Shown here: positions 1 through 11,974 of the stretch, piece by piece
How the letters are laid out: every line of letters starts with the position of its first letter
Position numbering within the stretch: the stretch's first letter is position 1
Source of the DNA: the human T2T-CHM13v2.0 reference genome, Homo sapiens
Strand: one strand, 5' to 3'
DNA: 64,000 bases
NCBI RefSeq assembly: GCF_009914755.1
Contig: NC_060926.1
The notes under the pieces: model-generated
The model's input: only the letters and a program-made list of their open reading frames with translations
Told to the model about the DNA's origin: nothing
Database searches by the model: none
Program-made: the position numbers and the translations under genes

Positions 1-234
1 TTGAATCAGCCATAACAAATGGATTAGATGTGAATGAACAGGGGATTAGCAAAAAACGTTATAGGCAAAAGGTGCAGCATGATTAAGAAATGATTAAGTG
101 GTGAAGTATACTTTGTAATATGGTGTTGAGATATTAACTGATTTCTCAAAGTTTGTATTGATTTTTTAAGTCCTCTAAAGATATCACTGGGACAGAAAGA
201 AGACAAATACAAAATGTATCCCTTCACGCCATGA

Positions 235-581
235 ACATCGTCAGGTTCCTTTTGTTTATTTCTGCTGTTTTAAAATTTACTCAATATTTATCTCAGTATG
301 GACTCTTAAGTACTTATTTTCTACTTTGGTTTATAATAATACTCTATTATTAGTTTCATTGCATTCCAGCTTTGACTAGTGGTAGCTTTCTCAAATTGAT
401 TTCTATGTCCCTTTGACACCGCCTATCCCTTTGGTTTTTGACTATTTCCTTTCTTTCCAAAACTCTTAAGATGTTCCTGACTCATGTTTTATTTTCCCTG
501 CCCTCATCCTAGATTCAGCCATGTCTCCAGGACACCTGGGTAAGTTTATTAGAGCATGGTATTCAGAAGTTGCTGGGTACA
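235..581 (-). mobile_element. Old L1M (L1MC/L1MD-like) 3' region, left part, split by the ERV insertion
   Basis: The motif 'cctagattcagccatgtctccagg...atggtattcagaag...tgctgggt' resembles antisense L1M 3' UTR. It resumes at 7448 with 'tgcttgttgctcctagggtttcattacttctaagcactctcagcagacag'. Confidence 0.65.
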
Positions 582-1104
582 TGTAGGGTCCCTCAGTTAC
601 CTCCCCATCCTCCCCCACATGCACTGCATTTCTTTGTCCTGACTGGTGCCTTGAGCTCTCTGTGACCTGGCCAGTGATATATTTTCTCCAGCAGGCCTGG
701 ACCCAAGTTGGGGCCTGGAAGGCACCAAGGAACATTCTGAGGTAATGATAAAATTGTTTAGGTTGTTGCCTGAAATATTGAAAGGTCAAACATGTTCCTA
801 GAAACTGATCCCAGGCCTGAGTCAAATTCTTTAAAACATCTTATTAACCCCCAAATCTTACTCTCTCCTGATGTACATACCTGGGCCGAACATCTGCTTT
901 CTCACTGTCCATCTCAAGGACACTGCAGCCCCTAATGTAAGTTCCCCTAATGAATGCTGTGGACTGCTTACCCTGGTGTTTAGTGCTTCTTTGTTTGGGA
1001 TTCCAACTGGCCTCATCTTGGGATGGTTTGAGGCAATCTCTTATAGGAGCTCCCCTGCCACCACTTTTGGGATGACTCTAGCCACAAGTCTGCTGGACAG
1101 AACA
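582..1104 (+). mobile_element. 5' LTR of the provirus (ERVL-class; LTR47-like, tentative)
   Basis: TG...CA termini and direct homology to 6938-7447, e.g. the shared 'ttccaactggcctcatcttgggatggt'. Confidence 0.9.
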
Positions 1105-1106
1105 AT

Positions 1107-1124
1107 TAAAGTAGTATACAGGAT
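1107..1124 (+). other. Degenerate primer-binding site, best match tRNA-Ser
   Basis: taaagtagtatacaggat matches TGGCGTAGTCGGCAGGAT (complement of the tRNA-Ser 3' end) at 12/18 positions and lies 2 nt after the LTR. Confidence 0.5.
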
Positions 1125-1129
1125 TCCAA

Positions 1130-2280
1130 AGAAATGGGATGGGGAAAAGAGGAATAAACCAGAAAGATCCTGGGATAGCGGCAAGGGTTTATGTTGGACC
1201 CTCTTTCCCACCTGCTGGATACTGTGGGCTGCATTGGGAGTTGCTCCAAAAGTTCTAACAGGTTTGAGTAGCCTAATGGAGGGTTTGAAATTACACATGG
1301 CCAACAAGGAAGCCTGGCTCTTAGCAGCAGGAATAGGCTGGCCTCTGCTGTGGCAGTCCATCTGGATTATTCAGGCTCGGCTGGTGGCCAAAAACAAGGT
1401 GTACATGTTAGAGGAGGAATTATAACCAGAAAGGGACATGCATTACACTCTGTTATTTATAGACATGGAGGGCAAAATGGAAGAAGGAAAGGCTTGGCTG
1501 CACACACTGACATGCTACTATGCTTAACTTTTTGTGATGAGAAAATGTGTGTGTTCGTGCCGTTGTCCAGAGCCCTTACTGGAATAATAAAAAATAAAAT
1601 CCATTAGAAAGTGAAAGTGAATCTGAGAACTGGATAGAAATGATGGATTCAGAAAAGAAGGACTAAGGGGCACATTTGAGGGCTCGATCCCTCAGACTAA
1701 ATTGAAACAAAGCTACCAGGCAGGCATGCAAAGACCCCCACCACCTGCCAATCAAACTTATTCCTTGTGCAGATATCCTCCAGTGAAGTTGATTGATCTG
1801 TCTATCCCCTTTTCCGCAGAACCCAAAAGCAGTCTTTAGCTGCTTGGCTGGTAAAATTATGGGATAGTGGTGCTGATGGGGTGGTTCTATCTGGAAATGA
1901 GGAAAAAAGGTTAGCAATGTTACCGCACATCCGTGCATCAGGCAACACCTATGTGATCTCCCTGCTATTGCAGAGAATCATTCCTTGATGGACTGGACCA
2001 TACTAGCCTATAGGGAAGGCTGACCATTGGAGGAAGATATGCCTGGGTATCCTGAATCTTGGAAGACAATCAATTTGTGGTGTGAGTTGGCAGTGAGGGT
2101 GACCATCTACGTCCTTGCTTTCCAGGGGCCTGATAATGCCCTTTCACAGCTGGAATGCACAACGAGATCCTAAAGGCTGTTCCACCATGTTGGAAGGACA
2201 CTGGTCCCTATCTTAGGTCTTTTGGTGGGGCCTTCACAATATCATATCCCATGAGGGAACTAAGATATAATAGCTATTAT
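1130..2280 (+). pseudogene. gag: ERV gag remnant (disrupted); no protease motif recognised before RT
   Basis: Lies between the PBS and RT. ERVL-gag-like segment 'AWLLAAGIGWPLLWQSIW' in ORF 871..1425. Multiple stops and frameshifts. Confidence 0.6.
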
Positions 2281-2289
2281 TCAGGAACT

Positions 2290-5200
2290 AGAGAGGGTGG
2301 GACTTGTGCCTCTTGCACAGAGCCCATTCAACAGCCAGATATGGCCCATGTGAAAACCCAACAGCATCTGAAGAATGACGGTTGATGACTGACAACTAAA
2401 TAAGGTGACTCCAGCCATGCATACTACTCTCCCAAATGTGGCTCAAAGCCTGGAAAGACTGACTAGTTTGTAGCCAGACTGACTAGTGTTCAGTGCATGG
2501 GATACTGTCTTGGATTTAGCAAAACTTTATTTAGCATACTCTTAGACCCAAAGTCCCAGGACCTGATTGCCTTTACCTGGGAGGACAAACATTGGTCCTC
2601 TCAGGTGCTCAGGTGCTCCCCAGGGACACTTACCTATCCCCATGATTTGCTGTGATTTAGGGGCAAGAGACCTTGCCATTTTGGGTGACAAGTCCAGCAT
2701 TCACTGGAAACATTACGTGCATGATATTCTGCTAAAGTTTATGGATTTAAGTCTTTTGCAGAAGGCTACCTAGAACGTCCTAGAGCAACCACAATCCAGA
2801 GGATGAGCCAGCAACCCACACAATATCTAGGGACCGAAGGCACCATGAAATTCCTGGGTGTGGTCGATAGAGTAAGACCTGGGTTTTGGCTACAGCCATG
2901 ATCAACCAAATACAGACATACCTATGGCCTTGAACATTTTAAAATTCAAATTTTTATACGTATGCTAGGATTTTGGAAGACTTTAATTCTATACTTGGCC
3001 TAATGTTTCAGGCCATTATACTGCCTGATAAATAAGGAGACACAAAAGGTGAGAAAGCCTTAGTGACACAAGCACAAGCCCTACAAACCATTTCATCCCC
3101 AGGAGATCATTTAAATTGGATGTTTATGTGACTGCAGAAGGAATGGACTGGGCCCCCTGGCAAAGGGAGGATAAACAATGAATCCCATTGGATTCTAGTT
3201 ACAATTGTTCAAAGGTGTTGAGCAGTACTATACTGTGTTAGATAAACGTTTCCTTGCAGTTTAGCAGGCCCTCTTGCAAACCAAGCCTCTAGCAAAATAA
3301 TACTTTGGCTAAGTGGCATACATATTTCCAACAGAGAAGATACCTAATATCCAGTCCTCTGTTGATAAAACTAGAGGCCCCGTTGGGACCTGTACAATAT
3401 ACAGTTCACCTTTGAACAAAACAGGGGTTAGAGATGCTGCCCCTCTCACCTCTGGACTGTCAAAAATTCATGTATAACTTCAATCCCCAGAAACTTAATT
3501 ACTAATAGCTTACTGTTGACTGGAAGCCTTATTTATAACATAAACAGTCAATTAACACATACTTTATATGTTATTTGTATTGTATACTATATTCTCACGA
3601 TAAAGTGAGTTAGAGAAAAGAAAATATTATTTAAAAATTATAAGGAAGAGAAAATATATTTACTATTTATTAAATGAAAGTAGATCATCATAAATGTCGT
3701 CATTCTTGTCATCTTCACATGGGTAAACTAAGGAGGAAAAGGGAGAGGAGGGGTTGTTCTTGCTGTCTCAGGGGTGGCAGAACAGGAAGAAGTGGAGGAG
3801 GTAGAAAGGGAGGCAGGCAGTCAGTGAAACTTTTCAAACTTTTATTGAAAAGAATCCACATATACGTTGCCTTGTGCAGTTCAAACCCACATTGTTTAAA
3901 GGTCAGCTGTACCATAGATTTAAAATCCATCCCAACACTGCCTCCAGAGAAACCCTATTGAATAAAATGAGATGGTAACACACCAGAGGATGCATGGTAC
4001 ACGGATGGCTCCAGTGTAGGCCAACCACCCAAATGGACTCTTGTGGCTATTCAATTGGCCACAGATACCATACGTGTGAAATCAGGAATGGGACCTAACA
4101 GCCAATGGGCTGATCATATGAGCTGCGTGTTTAGTAATTATGAAGGAGCTACACCTAGCAACTTTGTGTACTGATTCCTTGATGGTCATTAAAGGGTTGA
4201 CACTGTCAATAATTCAAAGGCAAATGATCAATGATTTGTAAATGAGAGATTGTTGTGGGAGTCAGAGCTATGGACAGATTTTGGGACCAGTTACAAAAAT
4301 CAAAGGCTGACATAACAATCTTCCACATAGCAGCTCACCAACAAACATCCCCTAGTAGAAATATAAAAGCAGATATCCTGGCCATAGCCTGCTCAGTACT
4401 TATCTCTGAAAAAGATGATGCAGCTAACACACAGCGTACATTAGAAGGAAGGTCATAGGAAGCTGCATACTGCTTCAAAGCTGGTCCCTGCAGGCTAGCT
4501 CATCTTGTCCAAACAAGAAACAGAGGAAGCAATACAAAATTGCCCCATCTATTGCTAGGCCTGTCCTTAGCAAGTGCCAGGAATTACTGCAAATAAAAAG
4601 AGAGAAGAAAGAGTCATTGATACATGGAAAATGAATTTTTCTGGCCCACTGCCTAAGAGTAAGAAATACTGATATTCACTCACATGCACAGACAGTATGA
4701 ATAGCTTCTCCCAAGCTTTTACCTGTCAAAAAATAAATCAGATCCTGACTATATGAGGTCTGCAACACTTGTAGCCAGTGTGTGATATCCCAAGAACTAT
4801 TGCCAAAATCATCAAGAAACATAGTTCACAAGCTTCCTAATCCCAAATTGGGCACAATAGGAGGGCATCATCTGACAATTTTATCTGCCCTACAACCCAC
4901 AGAGAGTAGGAGTTATGATGAGGAAAAATGGCCTTTAAAGGAGCAAATTAAACTCTTGATAGAACTTCCCTCATAGAGAAATTGGGCTATAGTTTTAATG
5001 GAAGCTATATGTGGTTTTAATGAGGTCCCATTCTGGGAACAAAAATGCCTTATGAACATCTGGTAGATATAAAGAAACCAACAAAAGCCGTGTGGGTATG
5101 GAGGAAATCAGACACTACCTTAAGCCCAGAATTCATTTCCACCTGGAACACCCTAATTTTGCACTCACCTTGTCCCACAGTGTGTGGACAGGAATCCCTG
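2290..5200 (+). pseudogene. pol: ERV pol remnant (RT, RNase H, integrase), interrupted by Tigger2
   Basis: SPFNSQIWP...RMTVD...LNKVTP (~2320-2415, class III type); LDLA (~2510); HYVHDILL (YxDD, 2711-2734); WYTDGSS (3995); WKMNFSGPLP (4625). Many stops and frameshifts. Confidence 0.9.
3402..3909 (-). mobile_element. Tigger2a-like DNA transposon (TcMar-Tigger) nested in ERV pol
   Basis: Terminal inverted repeats cagttcacctttgaacaa / ttgtttaaaggtcagctg, flanked by TA at 3400-3401 and 3910-3911. Internal sequence is homologous to 27953-28447. Confidence 0.88.
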
Positions 5201-5519
5201 AGATGGGAGATGGGATCCGGAAAAATAAGTGCTCTTGGGCTGGATTGGTGTCCTTCTTTCCCTAAGGCAGGAGGCTGCCACTGCCTTAAGCCTGATCCCC
5301 AACTTTCCTTTTCAATAAAGGACCGAAGGAGACATTGACGGTGGTCACGCAGTGCCCTTAATACAGTGGATTTCATTCAGCCCTATAACTACATAGTCTA
5401 CAACTTCTCCCATGCTGAGATAAAAGGTCTGGTATTGCTCTCCTAGGAAGATTCTGATGGTGACTGAGACTATTTTGGCAGGGGTGATCTCATACTATAA
5501 GAGGGGCCAGAGGCCGTTT

Positions 5520-6860
5520 TATGTGTTCCTAATAATTTTTGTCTGTGTGCTGTTAGTTTGAGCTGCCTTCTCCTCTGCTATTATATCATCCCCACCAGCA
5601 CTTGCATGTCCAAGGAGAATGTCTTCCTAGCCTGTCCACAGAGTCCCTTTGAAAGGCCTATCTAGCTGCTGCTCATGGCATCTTATGCCCTTGAGTAGCC
5701 TTGGAGGTACTCCATTGTACTCATGGTGGACTGAGCTACAGAGAGGAGACGATCTCTTTACATACATCGATAACTAAACAACATATAGAAGTGAGTACTT
5801 CTGACATCACGCATGCAAACTTGGTTGACTGGGATGTGACATTGAGCAACACTGGACCCAGTGTACGTTTATCCATGAAAATGTTCTGCAGGAAAGCAAC
5901 TGCTAAAGCAAGAACTACCCCTACAAGTGCCACATTCTGGCAGCAAATGTTAGAAGGGAGGGGCTATGTGTGGCTCATTGCTGTGGCACAGATGCTCTCC
6001 TGCATTGTGGATATCTCTTGGAAAAAAAACATAACCACTCTAAAGACATTCAGGTAAACAATACCAGGTACCTAAGGTTCCTTCCAACTGCCTGATGCCA
6101 GCACACTGTTATACTTAAGGACAAGGATTGGTTCACCACAGACTGGTCTTTTAGGGTAGGAATATATGGGATCACCCTGAAGGACACTCAGTGGTTCTGT
6201 GGTACTAACTTCTAGCCTTGGTTTTCCCCATGGTGGCATGGATGGTGGACTCCCATCTTCTCATGCCTGCACTCCAGAATCTCTGACACTCTTCCTGTCT
6301 CCCTCAATGAGCCCATCTGAAAAAGTTTGTGGAGTAGGTCCGTCTTTTCTTTGTGGAATTACTTATGTCGATATTTTTGCCTCTGGGAGGCTCTATTATC
6401 ATGCAGAAGGTGGAAGTCCTTCACAGATTTGTCTCCAGAGCTTTGCATGACACTGAGCATGGTTTGGAGGCCTTCAGTATTGAAACAGCCACCATAAGGA
6501 AAATGGTTCTACAGAGCCAAATGGCTTTAGCCATGGTGATAGCTGTGCAAGGGAGAGCCTTCTGTTTCTTTGTATAAACTGAGTGTTGCATGTATATTAT
6601 AGACAAAAAAGCTGAATTTACGCAATCCCTCTTTCATTTACAAACACAATTACAGTTAATTGACCACATGGGGGAATGACTCTTGGTGGTCTATAATAAA
6701 ATCATGGTTTTTGAAATCGGGTTCTTAGTGGAAAACTCTGCTAGTAAGCTTGTTAAAAATTGTGATAATAGGTTTTATAATATACACCTATATTTACTGC
6801 TGATGTGAGTTTTGTTTGCAGTGCTTCATAAAGTTAAAATAAAAGACATTGCAGGCAAGC
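5520..6860 (+). pseudogene. env: ERV env remnant (gamma-type SU/TM)
   Basis: SU motif QWFCGTN (~6190). TM heptad followed by immunosuppressive-like LQSQMALAMVIAVQG (6509), CFFV*TECC = CX6CC (6563-6589), and a hydrophobic anchor at ~6740-6800. Confidence 0.85.
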
Positions 6861-6937
6861 CTGCCCTTTCCTACTGACTCAGATCATCACAGAAAATATG
6901 GCATGTAAGATTGTAGGATCTGATCAGAAATATGGAT

Positions 6938-7447
6938 TGTAGGGTCCCTCAGTTGCCCTCAATTTCCTTCTTTTCCTGACCTAGAAACGTAGACTGCCTT
7001 GAATGATCTGTAACTGAACCAGATGTATGTTTTCCCCAGCAGACTTGGACCCAAGTCTGGGCCTGGAAAATAACAGGAAATATTCTAAGGTTCTGGTAAA
7101 GTTGTTTAGTTTGATGCCTGAAACACTAAAAGATCAAACAAGTAGAAACTAGCCCAGATCTTAGTTAGATTCTTTAAACCCTAATATAAACTTTGTAACC
7201 CAACCCTCTCCTGATGGCCATGTCTGGGAGAACATCTTTCTCACTATCCGTCTCAAGAATTCTACAGCCCAGTATATAGAAGTTCCCTGAGGATGTGCTT
7301 TGGACTGCTTGTCCTGGCATTTAGTGGTTTTTTTGTTTGGAATTCCAACTGGCCTCATCTTGGGATGGTATGGGGCAGTCTTTTGGGGGAGCTTCCCTGC
7401 CACTACTTTTGGGGTGACTCTAGCCATGGTCTCAGCCAAACACAACA
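6938..7447 (+). mobile_element. 3' LTR of the provirus
   Basis: Starts tgtagggtccctcagttg and ends cacaaca. Homologous to 582-1104. Confidence 0.9.
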
Positions 7448-8040
7448 ATATGCTTGTTGCTCCTAGGGTTTCATTACTTCTAAGCACTCTCAGCAGACAG
7501 AACAGGCAATGTATTTATGTATCATAACTCCTGTATCTATACATCTCTACAATTTTTTCTGTATCCCTCTTTATACATATTAAGTTAAACATAAGATCAC
7601 ACTGATGTCTCTTACTAATTCCATTGCACAGAGTTTATTCTAGCATTACTTTCTTGTTTATAACTTTCCTCTCCAACAGTGAGAAACCTGGCTTCCACCC
7701 ACCACCTGCCATCCATTTAGTTATTTCTTCATCCTCAGTGTACATGAACAGTGGTTCCAGAAATGTTAACCTGTATTCCTGAGAGAAGCAATTTTGCCAA
7801 CTAGAGTGTTTGTGTACAATTCTTGTTGTCTGTTGTTTCATACTTTCCAGTCAGAACATCTTTTTCCACATTACTTAGGTCATTCTTCTTTTTCTTTTCT
7901 TTTACTTTGTATAAAGTTTACTGTTTTTAATGTACAGTTCTGTGGGTTGGAGTCACTTGTTTATCACTCCAGAATCAGACCGAACAGTTCTTCACCCTAA
8001 AGTTCTCCTGTGTAGCTTCTTTGAATTGACTTCACTTATT
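7448..8040 (-). mobile_element. Old L1M 3' region, right part
   Basis: Continues the L1M sequence interrupted at 581. Confidence 0.6.
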
Positions 8041-8427
8041 TTGATCAATCGTTATCAGAAAACATCCACTGAGTGCTTAGATGGGTACACATATTTAGCT
8101 TTGTAATGCCAATTGGAAATACCACCCCCTAGTTCTCCATTATATATAAAAACGATAGATTTCTTATTATGATTAAAGGATTCTTTATGATCTGCTTTCT
8201 CACTCATTTGGTCTCATCTGCTTTCTGCTATAATAAATGACCGATCTTCTTTCAATAAGGAAGTTAGTCCCTCCTTTCTTAGTATTCACACAGCGCCTGA
8301 AACATACTTTTCTTCTAGCATTTGCTCCACTGAATTGTAACCATTTATGTGCATTTGTCTCCCTAACTTGAAAGTGAGTTCCTTCACAACAAATGCCTGA
8401 TACTATGCATCTCTGTGTCTCCAGAAC

Positions 8428-8475
8428 CTTCTTATATACCTGGAACTGGTGTATAAGTTCCAGGTATATAAGAAG
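8428..8475. repeat. Perfect 20-bp inverted repeat with 8-nt loop, inside an L2 3' remnant
   Basis: cttcttatatacctggaact-ggtgtata-agttccaggtatataagaag. Confidence 0.95.
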
Positions 8476-10976
8476 CCCTTGACCATTGTTGTTTAGATAA
8501 AAAAGGACATGAGTGAAGTGATGTGCTTGATGCTAAGGGGTGCTGGGGAAAAATCAGATATGAAAGCTAAAGTAATATTTGAGTCCCTGTGTCTAAAATG
8601 TATAAGGTCTATGAAGGTGCAAACTGTCAATACCATTCAGTAATACTTAATGGCAAATGAGTTACTCCATAGGACATTTACGTTCTGTTATGACCTTTTA
8701 CTCTTTGACAACAAGAAAGAGAGAGGAATCAATGTATTAGTGTTTCCTACATAACCTTATTTTCTATTAGACCCTTAAAAAGAGAAGTCATACAGACTAT
8801 GTCAGGGCTTGGTAACAGGATTTTGTCTAAAATATAGACAAATTAGAGATAATTTTGCTCTAAGAAATATGACCCAGAAGGAAGAATGTTTTGATTTTCA
8901 AGTTTGATGAGATTTGATTTCCCTGAATAAGAGAAATAAATTGAACCAATAAAAGTTCATTTCGTTCATACTGAGTCTAATGAGAGAAGAAGACAATGAG
9001 AGAAAAAAAAATCCCTGCTTTATCATAACAACCTTGGGGAGGTAAGTCAGTGAGAAATAGGCCCACTTATGCAGATGGGAACTGGTGGAAGGCTTATCAA
9101 GTTCCAGGCTATTACTGCTGCAGTTGACTTGACTCTCAACCTCTCAGAATGACAATGAATCTAGATCTGTTATTCTGACTAAGCTCTTGCCCAACCCTTT
9201 CTCTCCTGCTTCAGATGTGGAACCCAGCCACCTATATCTTAAGTGGGAAAATTCCTGGAGACTGTTTGCTTAATACCATTTTTTGTTCACAAGGATCACA
9301 GTTTATAAATGTGTAGAATGAATGACCAAATCTGTTAATAAACATGTCTGTGTCCTGCAGAATTGAAGTATGCTGTTCTTAAATGTGGCTAGCTTGGAGA
9401 AGCCATTTGCATCAAAGATGCACACAAGATGTAAAACAAATGCTCATAGGAAAGATCATTTTAGGCTGGAGCATTCAGGAAGGTTTTAGAGAACAAGCCC
9501 ATTTTTAGCTGATTCCTCAAGAGTAAGTGTAATTGTAATGAGTGAAACTTTTCTAGCAAAGAGAAACTGCTAGAGGTGAGATTATTAAGTATGTATGGGT
9601 CAGTGCCCACACTAGTTTAGGTAGAATAAGTAGGTTTGTAAGGAGAACAAGACATCGAATGACTTAAAATATCCTTCGAAAGTTGTAAGAAATATACAGG
9701 TAAAAATATAACTTGGTAAACAAACCTACAGAGAGGTGATCTCTGTAAAAGAAGCCACTATATTTATTATATTGGTGAACTAAATAACAGACTAGGAAAA
9801 TGGATGTGGTGCTTCCTGAAAGATTCTTTGCTACTGACCTCAGTATTATAGATTCTGGGTAATATTTCTAGACTAACAAAAATAAAGCGGCTCCAAAAGC
9901 AAAGTCAGATCTCCTTCATTGACCAGAACAGATTGAACCTCTCTTCTTTTCTGAGTCTGTTCAAAAAAATTTTATATTTGGATAATCTGTAGGATGTAGG
10001 TGCATTCATGAATTCTTGCCTCAAAATCACAGTCTCTGCTAAGTCCATGGTTTCCCACAAAATGCTATTTTTTCTAACAACCTAGTGAAATAATTTAATT
10101 GTTCTTCACTTGACAGCTTCATTCATTCCAGTTTTTACTTTATGAGGCAATAACTGTTTCCTAGTAGCTTAATTTACTCAGCATGTTTTAGATGAACTAT
10201 TTATTACTAAGTGTACAATATATTGGAAAAATTAAAAAATGCACATTTATTTTAAAATGTAACATGAAAATAAAACTCACCGCAGCATTTCCCTTCTAAT
10301 AACTACCTCTCCAAATTATTTTTCAGTTCCTCAAATGTAGGAGGATTCTGTGTGTTATGTATCAAGTTGCATGTGTGTGTTCTGGGTTGTGTATTAAAGT
10401 CCTGGTAAATATAATTATGAATGCATCAAAGGCAATTAAGCTATGTGATTTTGATTAGGTATATTGTCAAACTGTATTAACAGCTGGCGGTAAGGGGGGA
10501 AAAATCCTTCAACCACTCAAGTTTTAATTTATAATACAACATTATTGCTATTCTCTGAAGCTGACAAATCATTTTGAATAAAGCATTATATTTCATTACA
10601 TAAAACTCTATTCTTTTCTTGATACACAATGAGTTTGAACTAACATTGTGCACAGTGATGAATGCTGGCAGGCACAAGTGTATGGAGTTTTATAATTATT
10701 CTCATTATTATTTGCATAAACACAGAACACAACAACATAGACTCAGGCTTTCACATGATCCCAGTGCCTTGGCATCATTCAGAAACCAGTTTCCACCTTT
10801 TTAGCTCTGATTTCCTTTAGGCCATAATAACACTTGTTATTGGTGGAGGCAATTGCACTGCCAGCAGGTGGAAGAACACTTAGCAGAATGCCTGGCTCAA
10901 AAATAGGTACTTTCTGTATAGGGCTAAGGTGAGGGAATCAGTGGATAAACAGACTTTGACCTAGAATTAAAACTTA

Positions 10977-11298
10977 GGCTGGGTGTGTGGCTTACGCCTG
11001 TAATCCCACCACTTTGAGAGGTGGAGGTGGGAAGATAGCTTGAGCCCAGGAGTTCCAGACCAGACTGGGCAAAAGAGACAGACCCTGTCTCTACAAAAAG
11101 TTAAAAAAAAAAAAAAGCCAGGAGTGGTGGCGCCTGCCTAGAGTCCCAGCTACCTGTGAGGTGGGAAGATCCCTTTAGCCCAGGAGTTGAAGGCTGCCGT
11201 GAGCCAAGATCATGTCTCTGTACTTCATCCTGGGTGGCAGAGTGATACCCTGTCTCTAAAACAAACAAACAAACAACAACAAAAACAACAACAACAAC
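10977..11298 (+). mobile_element. Alu (AluJ-type)
   Basis: Dimeric Alu with A-rich linker. J-type 'ttgagcccaggagtt' in both arms; (AAAC/AAC)n tail. Confidence 0.93.
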
Positions 11299-11357
11299 TC
11301 AGAGTTGGTGCCTCAATCTCACCAACACTAGCTTTACAGGCTCTCTGAGGCTCTGTG

Positions 11358-11974
11358 ATGGCTTTCTGACTACCTGACTGCAACCGGCTCCAGGACTACA
11401 TTCTCCGCCCAGGCTACACCCAGCTCCCTGGCAAAACCCTCTTCCCTGAGGACACTCAATCCCTGACCACACTCTGCTGGCTGACTACACTCTGCTCTGC
11501 AGCCACAGAGTGCCCCCTGATGACCCCTGCACGCTGCTCCCTGACTGCATTCCACTCTGTGACTACAGCCATCAGCTGGCTGCATTCCACTTCTGGAGTA
11601 CAACTGCCTCCCTGATGACACTGCGCCCTGATGACATTCAACTTCCTAACTACACATTTTTCCTCTGTCTATACCCAGCTTCCTGAACGCAACCAGCTCT
11701 GACTCCCTGATGACACTTTGATCCCCGACTGTTCCCCTTGTCCCTGACTACAGCCCTCTCCTGCCTGACTGCACCCTGCTCCCTGACCATACTGTAAGTT
11801 TTAATTACCCTCCTCTGGTTCCTGCTCCAGGAACACACCCCGCTAGCTCACTGCACTCCGCTAGCAACCACACTGTTTTCTTAGCCCACTCCACTTCCTG
11901 ACTGTGTCAACGACATCCCCACTGCCTTCCTGGTTTGCCCCACCCAGGCTTACATTGTTGGCCCCCTTGGCTAA
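11358..11974 (+). pseudogene. Degenerate 18-bp tandem repeat (consensus ~CCTGACTACACTCTGCTC); candidate decayed hexapeptide-repeat ORF
   Basis: More than 20 diverged units at 11373-~11905. In one register they read P-D-(Y/C/H/D)-T-x-L. Kozak-context ATG at 11358 is in that register and TAA at 11972 closes the final segment. Frameshifts and TGA stops disrupt it. The repeat is directly visible; the coding origin is inferred. Confidence 0.5.

Larger units (their letters stand above)
582..7447 (+). mobile_element. Decayed class III (ERVL/HERV-S-like) endogenous retrovirus, LTR-gag-pol-env-LTR
   Basis: Two homologous LTRs (tgtagggtccctcagtt...aaca) at 582-1104 and 6938-7447. RT, RNase H, integrase and env TM motifs occur in order. 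Degenerate 5-bp TSD gtaca/atatg. Confidence 0.92.

Noticed and set aside
871-1425. 184-aa ORF as a host gene
   Set aside because: It starts inside the 5' LTR and runs through the PBS into decayed gag, so it is a chance read-through.
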